Below, in pieces: positions 1 through 10,446 of a DNA stretch of 20,738 nucleotides (within the stretch, counting starts at the first letter, position 1; each line of letters begins with the position of its first letter). The notes under the pieces are model-generated. The model had not been told where the DNA came from, did not search any database, and was given only the letters and a program-made list of their open reading frames with translations. The DNA comes from Tubiluchus corallicola (lineage: Eukaryota; Animalia; Priapulida), in NCBI GenBank assembly GCA_030141605.1, contig JAQGDQ010001928.1:1-20738 (forward strand), in the 5' to 3' direction. The position numbers were made by a program, and so were the translations under genes.

Positions 1-242
1 TTCAATTTTCGTTTTCGCTAACGAGTTCATCATGCTCATGGGATGTTTGTGATATTAAAAATAAGTTCGTATGTAACGTCGTCACTCACTGGGCTCGCCT
101 GCCTGTTAATTAAGTTTTTATCCTATTGTTTAACTATCCTATTATCAGAAATTATTTATTTATTTAGCAGTATTATTGATGTTAAAGTGCATACGTTTTA
201 CCATATCTCAAAATGGGATATGAAAAATTATCCTGTTTTCCT
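1..242. mobile_element. Right-hand part of a diverged Kolobok-like non-autonomous DNA transposon (runs off window start)
   Basis: Colinear blocks shared with 16710-16917: CTGTTAATTAAG, TTTAACTAT, CAGTATTAT and GATATGAAAAAT(T/C)ATCCTGT. The terminus read on the minus strand (AGGAAAACAGGATAATT) resembles the TIR of the 18082-18611 element (AGGAAAACCGGATGATT). No intact TTAA follows. Confidence 0.5.
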
Positions 243-866
243 TACGATTAAAGGCTATTTTGCGTTTATGCCATTGTTACGAATTATTATTGATGGGGTT
301 CTGGGGATATATGCCTATATTATTTATGGCCTTGAACCCTATGATTGCTAAATTAATAGTTAGTAAAATACTGTAATTTGTCACGCTTTCATCATTTTGC
401 CCTGGAAAGCTGTGCTTCATTCAGGGGTCAAAACGTTCGCTTTGGCAGGGTTGACAAGCTTTATGTGCATCACATTAAGTAGCAAGTATACTTAATGCAA
501 TTTACTCGCCCCTAGTGTAGTAAATACTGCAGTTTACAAGTAAAATTCCGTAGTACGTGATGTGTAATTATCACAGCCGCCTGCAACGCCATCATTTGTA
601 AGATAAACAACATTTGAGCTTAGAGAAACAGAGATCACTTGAAATGACTTTTTAACGTCGTGTAAGACATCTACTAGAGACGGTTTTCTGGTGCTAGGGT
701 TTCGCCTCGTAGTAAATTTTTGTTTGCTTGTAGCGTAACAGCTGTCTGTGCTGAATAGAGTGAGGTGTTTCGTGAAACGGAGTATGGGTCGGCTGTGGAG
801 GGCTTCACTCTATGCCATACTGATATTACGTTTTGGTCAGAGCCTTCATAATATCATAATACATAC

Positions 867-1420
<554 letters not shown>

Positions 1421-2155
1421 CTTACACTAACGTGGAAAAGACGTACAAAGTTCAATCACAATCCCTACAATGCATTTTAGCCTATTTAGGCTTCAGAAGT
1501 GTCGTAGCTATTCAGACAGATCTAATTTAATTAATGCAGTAATTCGTGGTGTATAGTTACTGAAATTTATTATGACAATGCACATTTGAACTTTTTAGTT
1601 GTTCTGGAACATGTTATTTCATTTTTAACCAGTTTCTTAATCATAAAAAATCGTATATTTTATTTATTGGCCCCCATGTCTATTTCTGCAGTCACGTGAC
1701 TTTTTCTGTTTACCTTCGCTGTTTGCAGATCATCTCTCTCCAGAGACATTACGTAATTTTACAATTATAATTATATTATGTGCGAGCTCTACGGTTGCTG
1801 ACCAGCGCGTGCGCAGTGTAATGCAGTTAAATTTGATTGCACTGCAGCGCATGCGCAGTTGATAGCCGTTAATTTTGCATTGCTAATGACTCCCATCGGA
1901 AGCCGTCGTCAATCTCTTAATTAATTTCAGTCTGGCTTTTAGAAAGTCGACTAATAAATTTTCTCTATCATTTGATGAAATTTATCCGTAATTTGCACAA
2001 GGTCATAATGCATTTATAACGGTGTAAGTATTTTATAATTTTATTTCACCGCCATATAAACGTTGCATATCGATCTTGTTGTTGTCCGTTTGATTTTCCC
2101 AGCGACCCTAGATACTATTCAACCGCCATTTTATATAAAATTATTATTCACTTAA

Positions 2156-2618
2156 CCCTTTCAGTCCCAAATTATTTTTGTAATAAGAAAATTTTTTTTA
2201 GCTTGGGACTTTTGTTCAGTATGTCCATCTTGTTTACACATAATAATTGTTATTTTTTCTACCTGTGCCCGCGTGCTAAATATAGCCTGTATCCCACGGG
2301 ATACATTGGGATTCAATGGAAGCATCAAATGTGCTTCATTTTGCAACTGCTGACAATTTTTTAAAGTATTTAAGACATTTAGTATGCACGCTATGCTGAT
2401 CTGTACAAAGTCGTCTCTAAAGTACTGTACCTTGCGCAGAATTTTATGCCATGTAGATTTTCTAGTTTGCCATTTTATCAACATTTTTAGTCTATTGTTA
2501 TTGGCTTTTAATCAAAATAACTATTAACAGATCAAATAACTTTCAGTTTTAAAATTTTATTAATGTTAAAGGCAGAAAATATTCTCGTATCCCACGGGAT
2601 ACAACGGGTATGAAAGGG
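2156..2618 (+). mobile_element. piggyBac-type MITE, copy 1
   Basis: TTAA at 2152-2155 and 2619-2622. TIRs CCCTTTCAGTCCC / GGGTATGAAAGGG (11/13). Internal hairpin GTATCCCACGGGATAC occurs twice (~2289-2304, 2587-2602). A second copy lies in opposite orientation at 15913-16369. Strand is an arbitrary reference. Confidence 0.9.
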
Positions 2619-3384
2619 TTAATTTGCATTTGAAAATCGAAAGTGTACGGCAAACCGTGTCACAGTTGGGAGAGCATTTCAACTTTGATAAAAAAAAACT
2701 GTTTGTAGTGTGTTAGCAGGGTATCAGAACTCATTCCCCCCAGTATTGTTGTTTGTGATGAAAGTGTAACGCGTGTGGTTTGGCAGCTGTCTGTGGGGTA
2801 CCCCCGGTCCTGTGACAGCGTAAACTCTGTCCACACGTCTCGGACATCCGATCCCGTGAGAACCGGGAAACACGAGACGTTCCCGGAATCCTCCCTGCCG
2901 GATATATCAAGCATTGTGTATATTTTGTTAACAGTCTATACACGGTGCCATCGCGACAATACTTGCCTCCCGTCTCTTGGTCGTTCATTTTTCTCGTCTA
3001 CGTGTGGCAGCACCGTTTGCGGTTTTAAATTTAATTCAAGCCGGTTTTATTCACCGTCTGATGGTTGTCTATAATAATGTTTTTCAAATGGCTACATGAT
3101 ATTTTAACAGCCAACTTACTTTTTATATGTATTTTTATTATTACTGTTGTTAGTAAAATATTGTGTTTATATTGTTCGTGTATGTAAGTTTAATCACCAT
3201 CTACTGATTATAACTGAGTCAAATGTTTTGTCGGATGGAATGTGATGATTATTAGACGTGATGCCCATTTTTCTTTTATTTCCTCTTTGCAGTCAGCACT
3301 TGAACCGTGGAGAACCTGTATTTGACCCAGTCTGTTTTGTAAATGTGCCATAAATAAATAAAGTTTAAAGAAACTAAACTAGAC

Positions 3385-3593
3385 TGTATGTATGTACGTA
3401 TGTACGTATGTACGTATGTACGTATGTATGTATGTATGTATGTATGTATGTATGTATGTATGCATGCATGGATGGATGGATGGATGGATGGATGGATGGA
3501 TGGATGGATGGATGGATGGATGGATGGATGGATGGATGGATGGATGGATGGATGGATGGATGGATGCATGCATGCATGCATGCATGCATGTAC
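3385..3593. repeat. Compound tetranucleotide microsatellite (GTAT/GTAC)n-(GCAT)-(GGAT)n-(GCAT)n
   Basis: Directly visible; explains the HPSI/MDGW ORFs. Confidence 0.98.
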
Positions 3594-4620
3594 TTTGAAG
3601 GAGTCTCTAGATGTGGTTGCTTGTGGAATACCTTCTGGCTCCATCCTCAAGTAACATGACATTAAAATTTTTCGCTCTTCCTATGTTGTTTGTTGCATTG
3701 ATTGATTATGTCGGGACGTCTTGCATTACCTCAATAAGGTTATGGTAGAAGTTGAAGACAGTGTTAAGACTGTGATTTGTGACTTAAACCAAAACTGATT
3801 CTTTTCTAAAATTGGTTGAATTAATCACGACACATTTCTTTGTCCTGTCGAAAAAATTTTTATAAGCCGTTGTTACCTACATTCGGACATTTCTGTGAGG
3901 GTACAGGTCATTCTACGCCCTTTGAATACTTCAGGCATTTACTTCCAAAAATCGTGTGGTCATTGCGCAATTATTTCACGTTTGTGACACGGATTAGGGA
4001 ATTAGCGACCAGGCGAACCATTAGAGATGGTATCCCATATACTCACGACGCAAATCTTGCTAATAATGAATGCGGGCAAATCTTCCATCCCTCTCCGGTT
4101 TCCCGTAAGAGCATTACACGGTGAATGGCCGTTACACTGTATAATGTGTCCCCTTGTTGTTCAGAGAACTTGCTACAATCTTGTCATCTTCTATAGCAGG
4201 GAATCCTACCATTGCTAATCTTTAACAAATTTGTCATGCAAATGGACGTTAAGCCATCCGATAAGTCACCAGTTGTGTCCCCTAATCTTTGCGTTACGTC
4301 ATAACAGATGTCCTAGCTTGAGCAATGGCTTCCTCAGACCTTTCTCGTGAGAGACTCTCTTTACTCACTTGTAGTCACTTTTGTGCAATAAAATATTCCG
4401 CGAGGTTTCTGCACTGCGTAGATAACTACGAAAGTGTTGTAGCTGTTTAGTTTGTTTCGGTCATACAAGCTGTCTTAGCGATATTTTCAGATCAGACGGG
4501 TTCTATCTGCTCTCGATGCTCCGGCAAATCATCTGCATGTAAACCTTGGCTTCTTTTGCGGCTTTGAACCTGGTTATTTCAACCTTGACGATTGTCTTTG
4601 TTATCGTTGCTTAGTAGTTT

Positions 4621-4736
4621 CGTCTTCATCATTGTTACTGTCATTACGTCGTCGGCATCATCATCGTCGTCGCCGTCGTTATCACCATTATTGTCGTCGT
4701 CATCGTTATCATCACGATCATCATCATCGTTGTTAT
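4621..4736. repeat. Degenerate trinucleotide repeat (TCA/TCG/TTA)n
   Basis: Runs of tcatcatcg and gtcgtcg; gives the poly-D/N ORF at 4579-4767 (-). Confidence 0.85.
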
Positions 4737-5435
4737 GCCTACAGCTTTTGCTCAAGTAAGCTGGCAACTTAAATTGTGTGGACTAAATTTTTCGTGTTTT
4801 ATGTAGTTCAAAAGTCCTAGATTTTACCACTCTTTAAGCCACATCCCTTGGAATATATTATCTAAGTCAAAACCTCAATTCGAGTCAAGCTGTCAATAAC
4901 AAGTTCAGGAACATTGATTAATAGTGGAATCATTCAGGTCCATGTGACACGAAAATCCTACGTCAAGGGCTTCATACAAATATTTGAAGTGCGGGTTAAC
5001 GAACCATGTTTTGCACAGGTGTGATAATCGCCTGCTATTCTCACCTGCACACGATTAAAGAAGCCACACGTAGGAGCAGTGTAAGACTACACACTCGGTA
5101 AACCGGAAGCCAATGAATGAATGTGAGGATAGTTGTTTCCTGGTGTTCGACACATACTAATTATCGACAGTATTTCGTACATGAAAGCAAAATATAAAGA
5201 TTAAATTTGCTGGATTAACTGTTCACCATTGGACTAATTGTTATTGGTAGCTGGAAGTTGGGGCATTTGACCTCGAATTGCATACTTACTTTTGCGTTAC
5301 AGTTCTCTAATTATTGAACCAATGTCATTTTTAATTAGTTGCCAAATTTTAACACTAAATTCAACTTCTTACACACAAGTAACACATTTCAAAAGTACCC
5401 TGCCAGCATAAATGTCAGCGGAATTACGTGTCAAT

Positions 5436-6002
5436 CGTAGTTGGCATCCTTCTGTCTCGGAAGACAACGGAGCGTGCGCCAAGAGAGTCAGTTATTGATC
5501 ACATTGATGGAGCTGCAGCGTCAACTGTGGCTGAGCAGTCCGATCCTTGAACCACTGGAGTGGCCTCTCAAGTGCGTACGCCTGGGCAAGGTGTGCGGAG
5601 TATGGAGATCCTGAGTTGCCCAGACCGAAGGAACCCCCTCTCTTCCTCGCTGGCGTAGACCAAAGGAAAGCGGAGCGATACGTTTGGCACCAAGTTGGCT
5701 GCAGGAGCTGCTGGAGTCAGTGAGCATGCTGCACTGGACCGCCTTCGGGGCTCCACTCCTGATTTGGAAGGTTTACTCCTCTACACATGGCCGTTGGGTC
5801 ACTTGACCTCCTCCGCCCTCTAGCCGTTGGCTACTTGTGCAGCTCCTCCGCCTAGTGTCGAGATACAATGTGGGCATCCCGCAGGCCTACAGCACCTGGT
5901 ATTCCTAGGCGGTCACCCATCCAGGTACTAACCAGGCTCTACGTTGCTTAACTTCAGTGATCGGACGAGAACCGGTGTTTTCAACGTGATATGGCCGTAG
6001 TC
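5436..6002 (-). mobile_element. Candidate 5S rRNA-derived SINE (SINE3) with RTE-clade LINE-derived 3' end
   Basis: 5S head (6002-5884) runs directly into a GC-rich body with no TTTT terminator anywhere in the element. The 3' part encodes SRIGLLSHS*RCSS (5550-5509), typical of the RTE ORF C-terminal zinc-finger end, followed by an RTE-like tail GTCTTCCGAGACAGAAGGATGCCAACTAC. Flanks ACGTGTCAAT (5426-5435) and ACGTTGTCAAT (6003-6013) form a TSD with one indel. Confidence 0.85.
5884..6002 (-). rRNA. 5S rRNA sequence, full length (119 nt); probably the head of a SINE rather than a functional 5S gene
   Basis: Reverse complement reads GACTACGGCCATATCACGTTGAAAACACCGGTTCTCGTCCGATCACTGAAGTTAAGCAACGTAGAGCCTGGTTAGTACCTGGATGGGTGACCGCCTAGGAATACCAGGTGCTGTAGGCC, with recognisable box A (AGTTAAGC) and box C (TGGATGGGTGACCG). 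Single copy with no oligo-T terminator. Confidence 0.95.
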
Positions 6003-6944
6003 ACGTTGTCAATAGAATGGATAGATTTGACAACGTATTCACTTTGATTCAGATACAGCCGACAATATCTGGGACTTTAAAGTTTCTTACTCTATTTATT
6101 GAGTACACATCAGTCAATGTACACATCACATTACCCTACCTCCATATAGGCAAAACGAAATCGATGTACGATCAAGAAAAACTTACTGTTGGACCCGGGT
6201 TTGTATAGAACCCGTTAAGTGGCTGATACGCGATAAACTTGAGTAGTTTCTTATCAATTACAAATACGTAGGTGAGATATCTGTTTGACTTTCACACACA
6301 GGTAAGTGTGGGAACCTGTCGTCGACGGTGCCTACCTGGCCTTTATTTCAATCGTTCTTAATCCTCCGCCGAGATTTATCAGCATTTATAAACTTTGGTA
6401 GGTCCGTCTCGTTCTGCTGACTGCGTTTGATTTTGAGCAGGGCAGGGTGCAATTTGTGAACTTTTGGATGCAATTAAACATTTATGGCTTTTAGGAATTG
6501 TCCTCCTCCTACTACAAATTGTAATTGTATAGCGCTTTACATATTATAGCCCTGTACTATGGCAATGCTTTATGGTGTATGACAGTAACTATCTACGTAG
6601 TCATATAAGAAAACACGCAATTTCTAAATATGAAAACACTTTCTAAATGTGGAAGCACAACCACACCACCCCCCACCCCCCACCCTCCTAGGTTTTTCGT
6701 GTTAGTGCTGCTGCAGTTCATACTGCTTTTAACAGCATACGAATTGTTTAAAATGTATGACCTTTATGGAAAAGGTATGATGATGCTAAACCAAGCGTTT
6801 AGGTTTGTTGTCTTTGTATATTGCGTTTTATTATATTGTATTGTGTATCATATAGTATTATATTATGTTGTATATTGTACTGTATGAATGAAGTTAAATA
6901 GTACCGCCGAAATTTTCCATTAATTAATTATTCCAAACTGCTGT

Positions 6945-7942
6945 TGTCCTGAAATCAAATCGAGTCTACTGCGTATATAATATGACTGGCTAAAAGTTCT
7001 GATTTGTCCGTCCAGACTCAGTCCAGGTTGCTAGACGTTGTGTTTTCTTTCAATGTCCTGAAATAGACTAGGTCAGCACAGCAATCGAGTCGACTGCGTA
7101 TATAATATGACTGGCTAAAAGTTCTGATTTGTCTGTCCAGACTCAGTCCACCTTGCAAGACATTGTTCTGTTTTCTTTCAATGTCCTGAAATAGACTAGG
7201 TCAGCACAGCAATCAAGTCGACTGCGTATATGATATGACTGGCTAAAAGTTCTGATTTGTCTGTCCAGACTCACTAGACCTTGCTAGACGTTCTTGTGTT
7301 TTCTTTCAATGTCCTGAAATAGACTAGGTCAGCACAGCAATCGAGTCGACTGCGTATATAATATGACTGGCTAAAAGTTCTGATTTGTCTGTCCAGACTC
7401 AGTCCACCTTGCAAGACATTGTTCTGTTTTCTTTCAATGTCCTGAAATAGACTAGGTCAGCACAGCAATCGAATTGACTGCGTATATGATATGACTGGCT
7501 AAAAGTTCTGATTTGTCTGTCCAGACTCACTAGACCTTGCTAGACGTTCTTGTGTTTTCTTTCAATGTCCTGAAATAGACTAGGTCAGCACAGCAATCGA
7601 GTCGACTGCGTATATAATATGACTGGCTAAAAGTTCTGATTTGTCTGTCCAGACTCAGTCCACCTTGCAAGACATTGTTCTGTTTTCTTTCAATGTCCTG
7701 AAATAGACTAGGTCAGCACAGCAATCGAATTGACTACGTATATAATATGACTGGCTAAAAGTTCTGATTTGTCTGTCCAGACTCACTAGACCTTGCTAGA
7801 CTTTCTTGTGTTTTCTTTCAATGTCCTGAAATAGACTAGGCCAGCAGAGCAATCGAATCGACTGCGTATATAATATGACTGGTTCTGATTTGTCTGTCCA
7901 GACTCAGTCCACCTTGCTAGACTTTCCTCTGTTTTCTTTCAA
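6945..7942. repeat. Tandem array of a 128-bp unit, ~7.8 copies, with alternating variants
   Basis: CAATGTCCTGAAATAGACTAGG recurs at 7051, 7179, 7307, 7435, 7563, 7691 and 7819 (128-bp period). The first copy is partial; the last carries a 7-bp deletion. Confidence 0.97.
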
Positions 7943-8778
7943 CTTTTGGTTATACCGATGCCGAATTGCATAACCTGTATGAGGTGTTTATTTTCGTAGC
8001 TGTTACTACAATTTGCACTCGACCGATACTAAGGCATTTTTAGTGAGCTTGCTCTCACGTCGGCGCTTCTTTTAAAGCAACAGGGTATAATGGCTCTTGG
8101 TCAGCTTATTATTTGGCTTCTCTGGCTAACTTGTATAACGTTAGTTTAAACTCTGGATGATTAATGAATGACAGGGACTTGGTTCAGGACTTTGCCCAGT
8201 TCGTTTATCTAAATGCGGCGGGTTTTATGGCCTTCTACCAAATGTTGTCTTTGGCAGAACTTTTATGGCATGTTTCACACTTACTGCAAACGGGCAGAGT
8301 GAAATAATGAATGACCAGCATCTGGTCTTCCCCAGTGCGCGGGGCAAACCGCCTCCGAATCGCCGCCCACTCTTCGAAATTGTTTATTGTACGAGGAGAC
8401 TGTGATAATTGCTTGAAGCCCGTGAAGGATCAGCGAAATGGCTTCTGCTGACGTCTAACAAATGGACACGTGACGAGTGAGGACCTGCTGTGGCTTCCTT
8501 CTCCTTCAACATCTGGTTTTACCTAACTTGACAGATTTGATGACAACTTAGTTGTACATGTGACTAACGTGTCTGCTCTTCTCTTCTCTTTTGCCCAATC
8601 CAGGTAATTGAATTCAAAAAAGAATAAATATGTGAATTTATATGAATGAATATGATAATGCGAATATGAGTTAATATACAATAGATTAATCAGATTGTGA
8701 TCGATAATAACCTACCACAGATTCTGTTTTTAAGGAAATTTGGCGCAATAACATGTTTACAACTGCAGTAGTGGTAAC

Positions 8779-9155
8779 CAGGGCCTATTTCAAGGGGGGG
8801 GAGTGGGGATACTTTCCCGGGGCCTCACCCTCCAGGGGGGGCTTCGCGCCAAAGTAATTTTTTTGCTTTATTCGAACATACTGCCTCCTCTCTCTCACTC
8901 TCTCTCTCTCTTGCCGCACGCGCGCCGTTTGCCAGTATTGACAAGTATTAAGGACTGGTCTTGAGAATAAAGCAGTTTTTCTTTCAATTGTTCTTTCCTT
9001 TAACAACTGTATAACTCCGTATTTTCTCTTCGAAAATGCTTCTCCGGCGTTGTAGCAGTTCAAAAATTTTCTGGGCGACAACCATGCCCCCTCCCCCCGA
9101 TGGGGCCTCACACGCCCCACTTCCCCGGGCCTCGCCTAGGCTGAAATAGGCCCTG
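8779..9155 (+). mobile_element. hAT-superfamily MITE, family A, copy 1
   Basis: Perfect 14-bp TIR CAGGGCCTATTTCA / TGAAATAGGCCCTG. Perfect 8-bp TSD GTGGTAAC (8771-8778, 9156-9163). Second copy at 11310-11670. Confidence 0.93.
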
Positions 9156-9356
9156 GTGGTAACATAAGAAAACAATATTAATTTCGTTTAGAACTTAATC
9201 CAGGGATAACACCTTATGTGACTCAACCCGATTATTATCACCGGCATGTTACCCACATGGTCTGTAATATATAATGGCTTAAAATGTAAATCTAAATTGC
9301 ACGCTAGTGGTAATATAAGTAATTAAAAAAGTGACATGGTGTACAACGTAATGGGC

Positions 9357-9811
9357 AATTGTATCAACAAACTAGGGTTGTTATGTTTGATAAATTAAAT
9401 GCAATACTTCTGCCCGAAAACCTTAATATAGCTGCCTTAGGAAATAATGACCTGTTGAAGTTGTTATTATTCGGTAAAGATGAATTTAACTATGTAACTG
9501 TAAAATATTCCAATGCATACATGACTTTATATTATGTACTAAACGCTTCCAGTAGTTTCTATCTGATATAAAATGCATCATTCTTAAATATTCGTACATT
9601 AATATTTACTAACCGTCATTTTCTACTAATGTCTAATGTATCACTGTAGTAAAACTTTAGTATACTAAAGTATACTAAAAACTAAGTATAGTCTATTCTT
9701 ACTGTAAATGTTCTTGTAAATAGTGTATAAAGTCTGTTGTGGTGAGGATCCTAAATCATGTTGTACAAACTGTCTGATCCAATCCTAAATAAATTATGTT
9801 TAAACTAAACT
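9357..9811 (+). mobile_element. 5'-truncated LINE (CR1-group-like) with ORF2 C-terminus, 3' UTR and (TAAAC)n tail
   Basis: Perfect 12-bp TSD AACGTAATGGGC (9345-9356, 9812-9823). Translation LYQQTRVVMFDKL...LLKLLLFGKDEF, then after a frameshift KIFQCIHDFILCTKRFQ*, matches the LLFG...IF..V..FI..TKRF terminus of CR1-like ORF2. AATAAA and TAAAC repeats lie at the 3' end. Confidence 0.85.
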
Positions 9812-9839
9812 AACGTAATGGGCTATTACTGAAAGAAAC

Positions 9840-10446
9840 CGTTTTTTACTAAAAACTTCAAAATATAAAATGCTAAAAACATGTCACCAAACGTTTCGAC
9901 TGCAGAGCCCAGCAGTTATCTTTTGTGTGGGCACCTAGAGTTTTCAAGCAGTAACCAATTTTACAGACAATTTATAAGCAGATAGTTCTAGACGAAATGC
10001 CCAGATATTCACACATTCTTACTTTAAATTGTCTAGAGTAAGAACGTGTGGACATTTCGTCTATAACTGACAAGGAACTAGAAAGTTCTTCTTAATCTAG
10101 CATTCATGATCATATTTGTGCCTCTGGCCAGAAGGCTGGTTTTAAAAAATAACTGTGATCTATTGCTAAAAGAAATTTACCTAACCAGCTTCTCTTAATA
10201 TGCAAAGTAGTTCACTTTCTTTTAGTTTGTTTTAAAACATCTAGCTATAATTTTACTGTATACCTTTGTTTTACTACATCTCTGGCTTCTGTGTGAAGAG
10301 GGCTTAATTATTAGTTATTTTCATGTACTCTAGGCTTTGCATGTATAGTTCAGTGTTGTTTGTATGCTTTGTTACACTGTAGTAGAAAACGTTCGATGTA
10401 GAAAGACATATTTTACATATTTCATATTTTAAAGTTTTTAATAAAG
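9840..10446. mobile_element. Penelope-like element remnant, two fragments in head-to-head orientation
   Basis: The minus strand near 10026-9985 translates FKVRMCEYLGISSRT. The plus strand 10037-10235 gives a decayed ISSITDKELESSS*SSIHDHICASG...DLLLKE...SLNMQSSSLSFSLF*, matching the Penelope GIY-YIG C-terminus. Inverted homology 9985-10023 vs 10037-10068 and 9843-9900 vs 10382-10446. Confidence 0.8.

Noticed and set aside
43-351. 102-aa hydrophobic ORF
   Set aside because: Overlaps an AT-rich transposon end; composition-driven, with no domain.
2161-2484. 107-aa ORF with an apparent paralogue at 16184-16618
   Set aside because: Both lie in copies of one MITE; the reading frames are not conserved end to end and there are no transposase motifs.
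2660-3074. Overlapping ORFs and a small CCGGGAA/TTCCCGG hairpin suggesting a gene or ncRNA
   Set aside because: No recognisable protein or RNA family; a 7-bp stem is expected by chance.
3276-3662. HPSI/MDGW repeat ORFs
   Set aside because: Translations of tetranucleotide repeats, open in all frames.
5884-6002. Functional 5S rRNA gene or 5S rDNA array
   Set aside because: Single copy, no oligo-T terminator, a mismatch in the terminal helix, and a TSD starting immediately at the 5' end.
6945-7942. CRISPR array or hammerhead-bearing satellite
   Set aside because: Entire units repeat with no unique spacers, the context is eukaryotic, there are no cas genes, and no CUGANGA/GAAA core was found on either strand.
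8785-9120. ORF sharing KERTIERKTALFSRPV with 11158-11550
   Set aside because: The similarity is due to the two hAT MITE copies.
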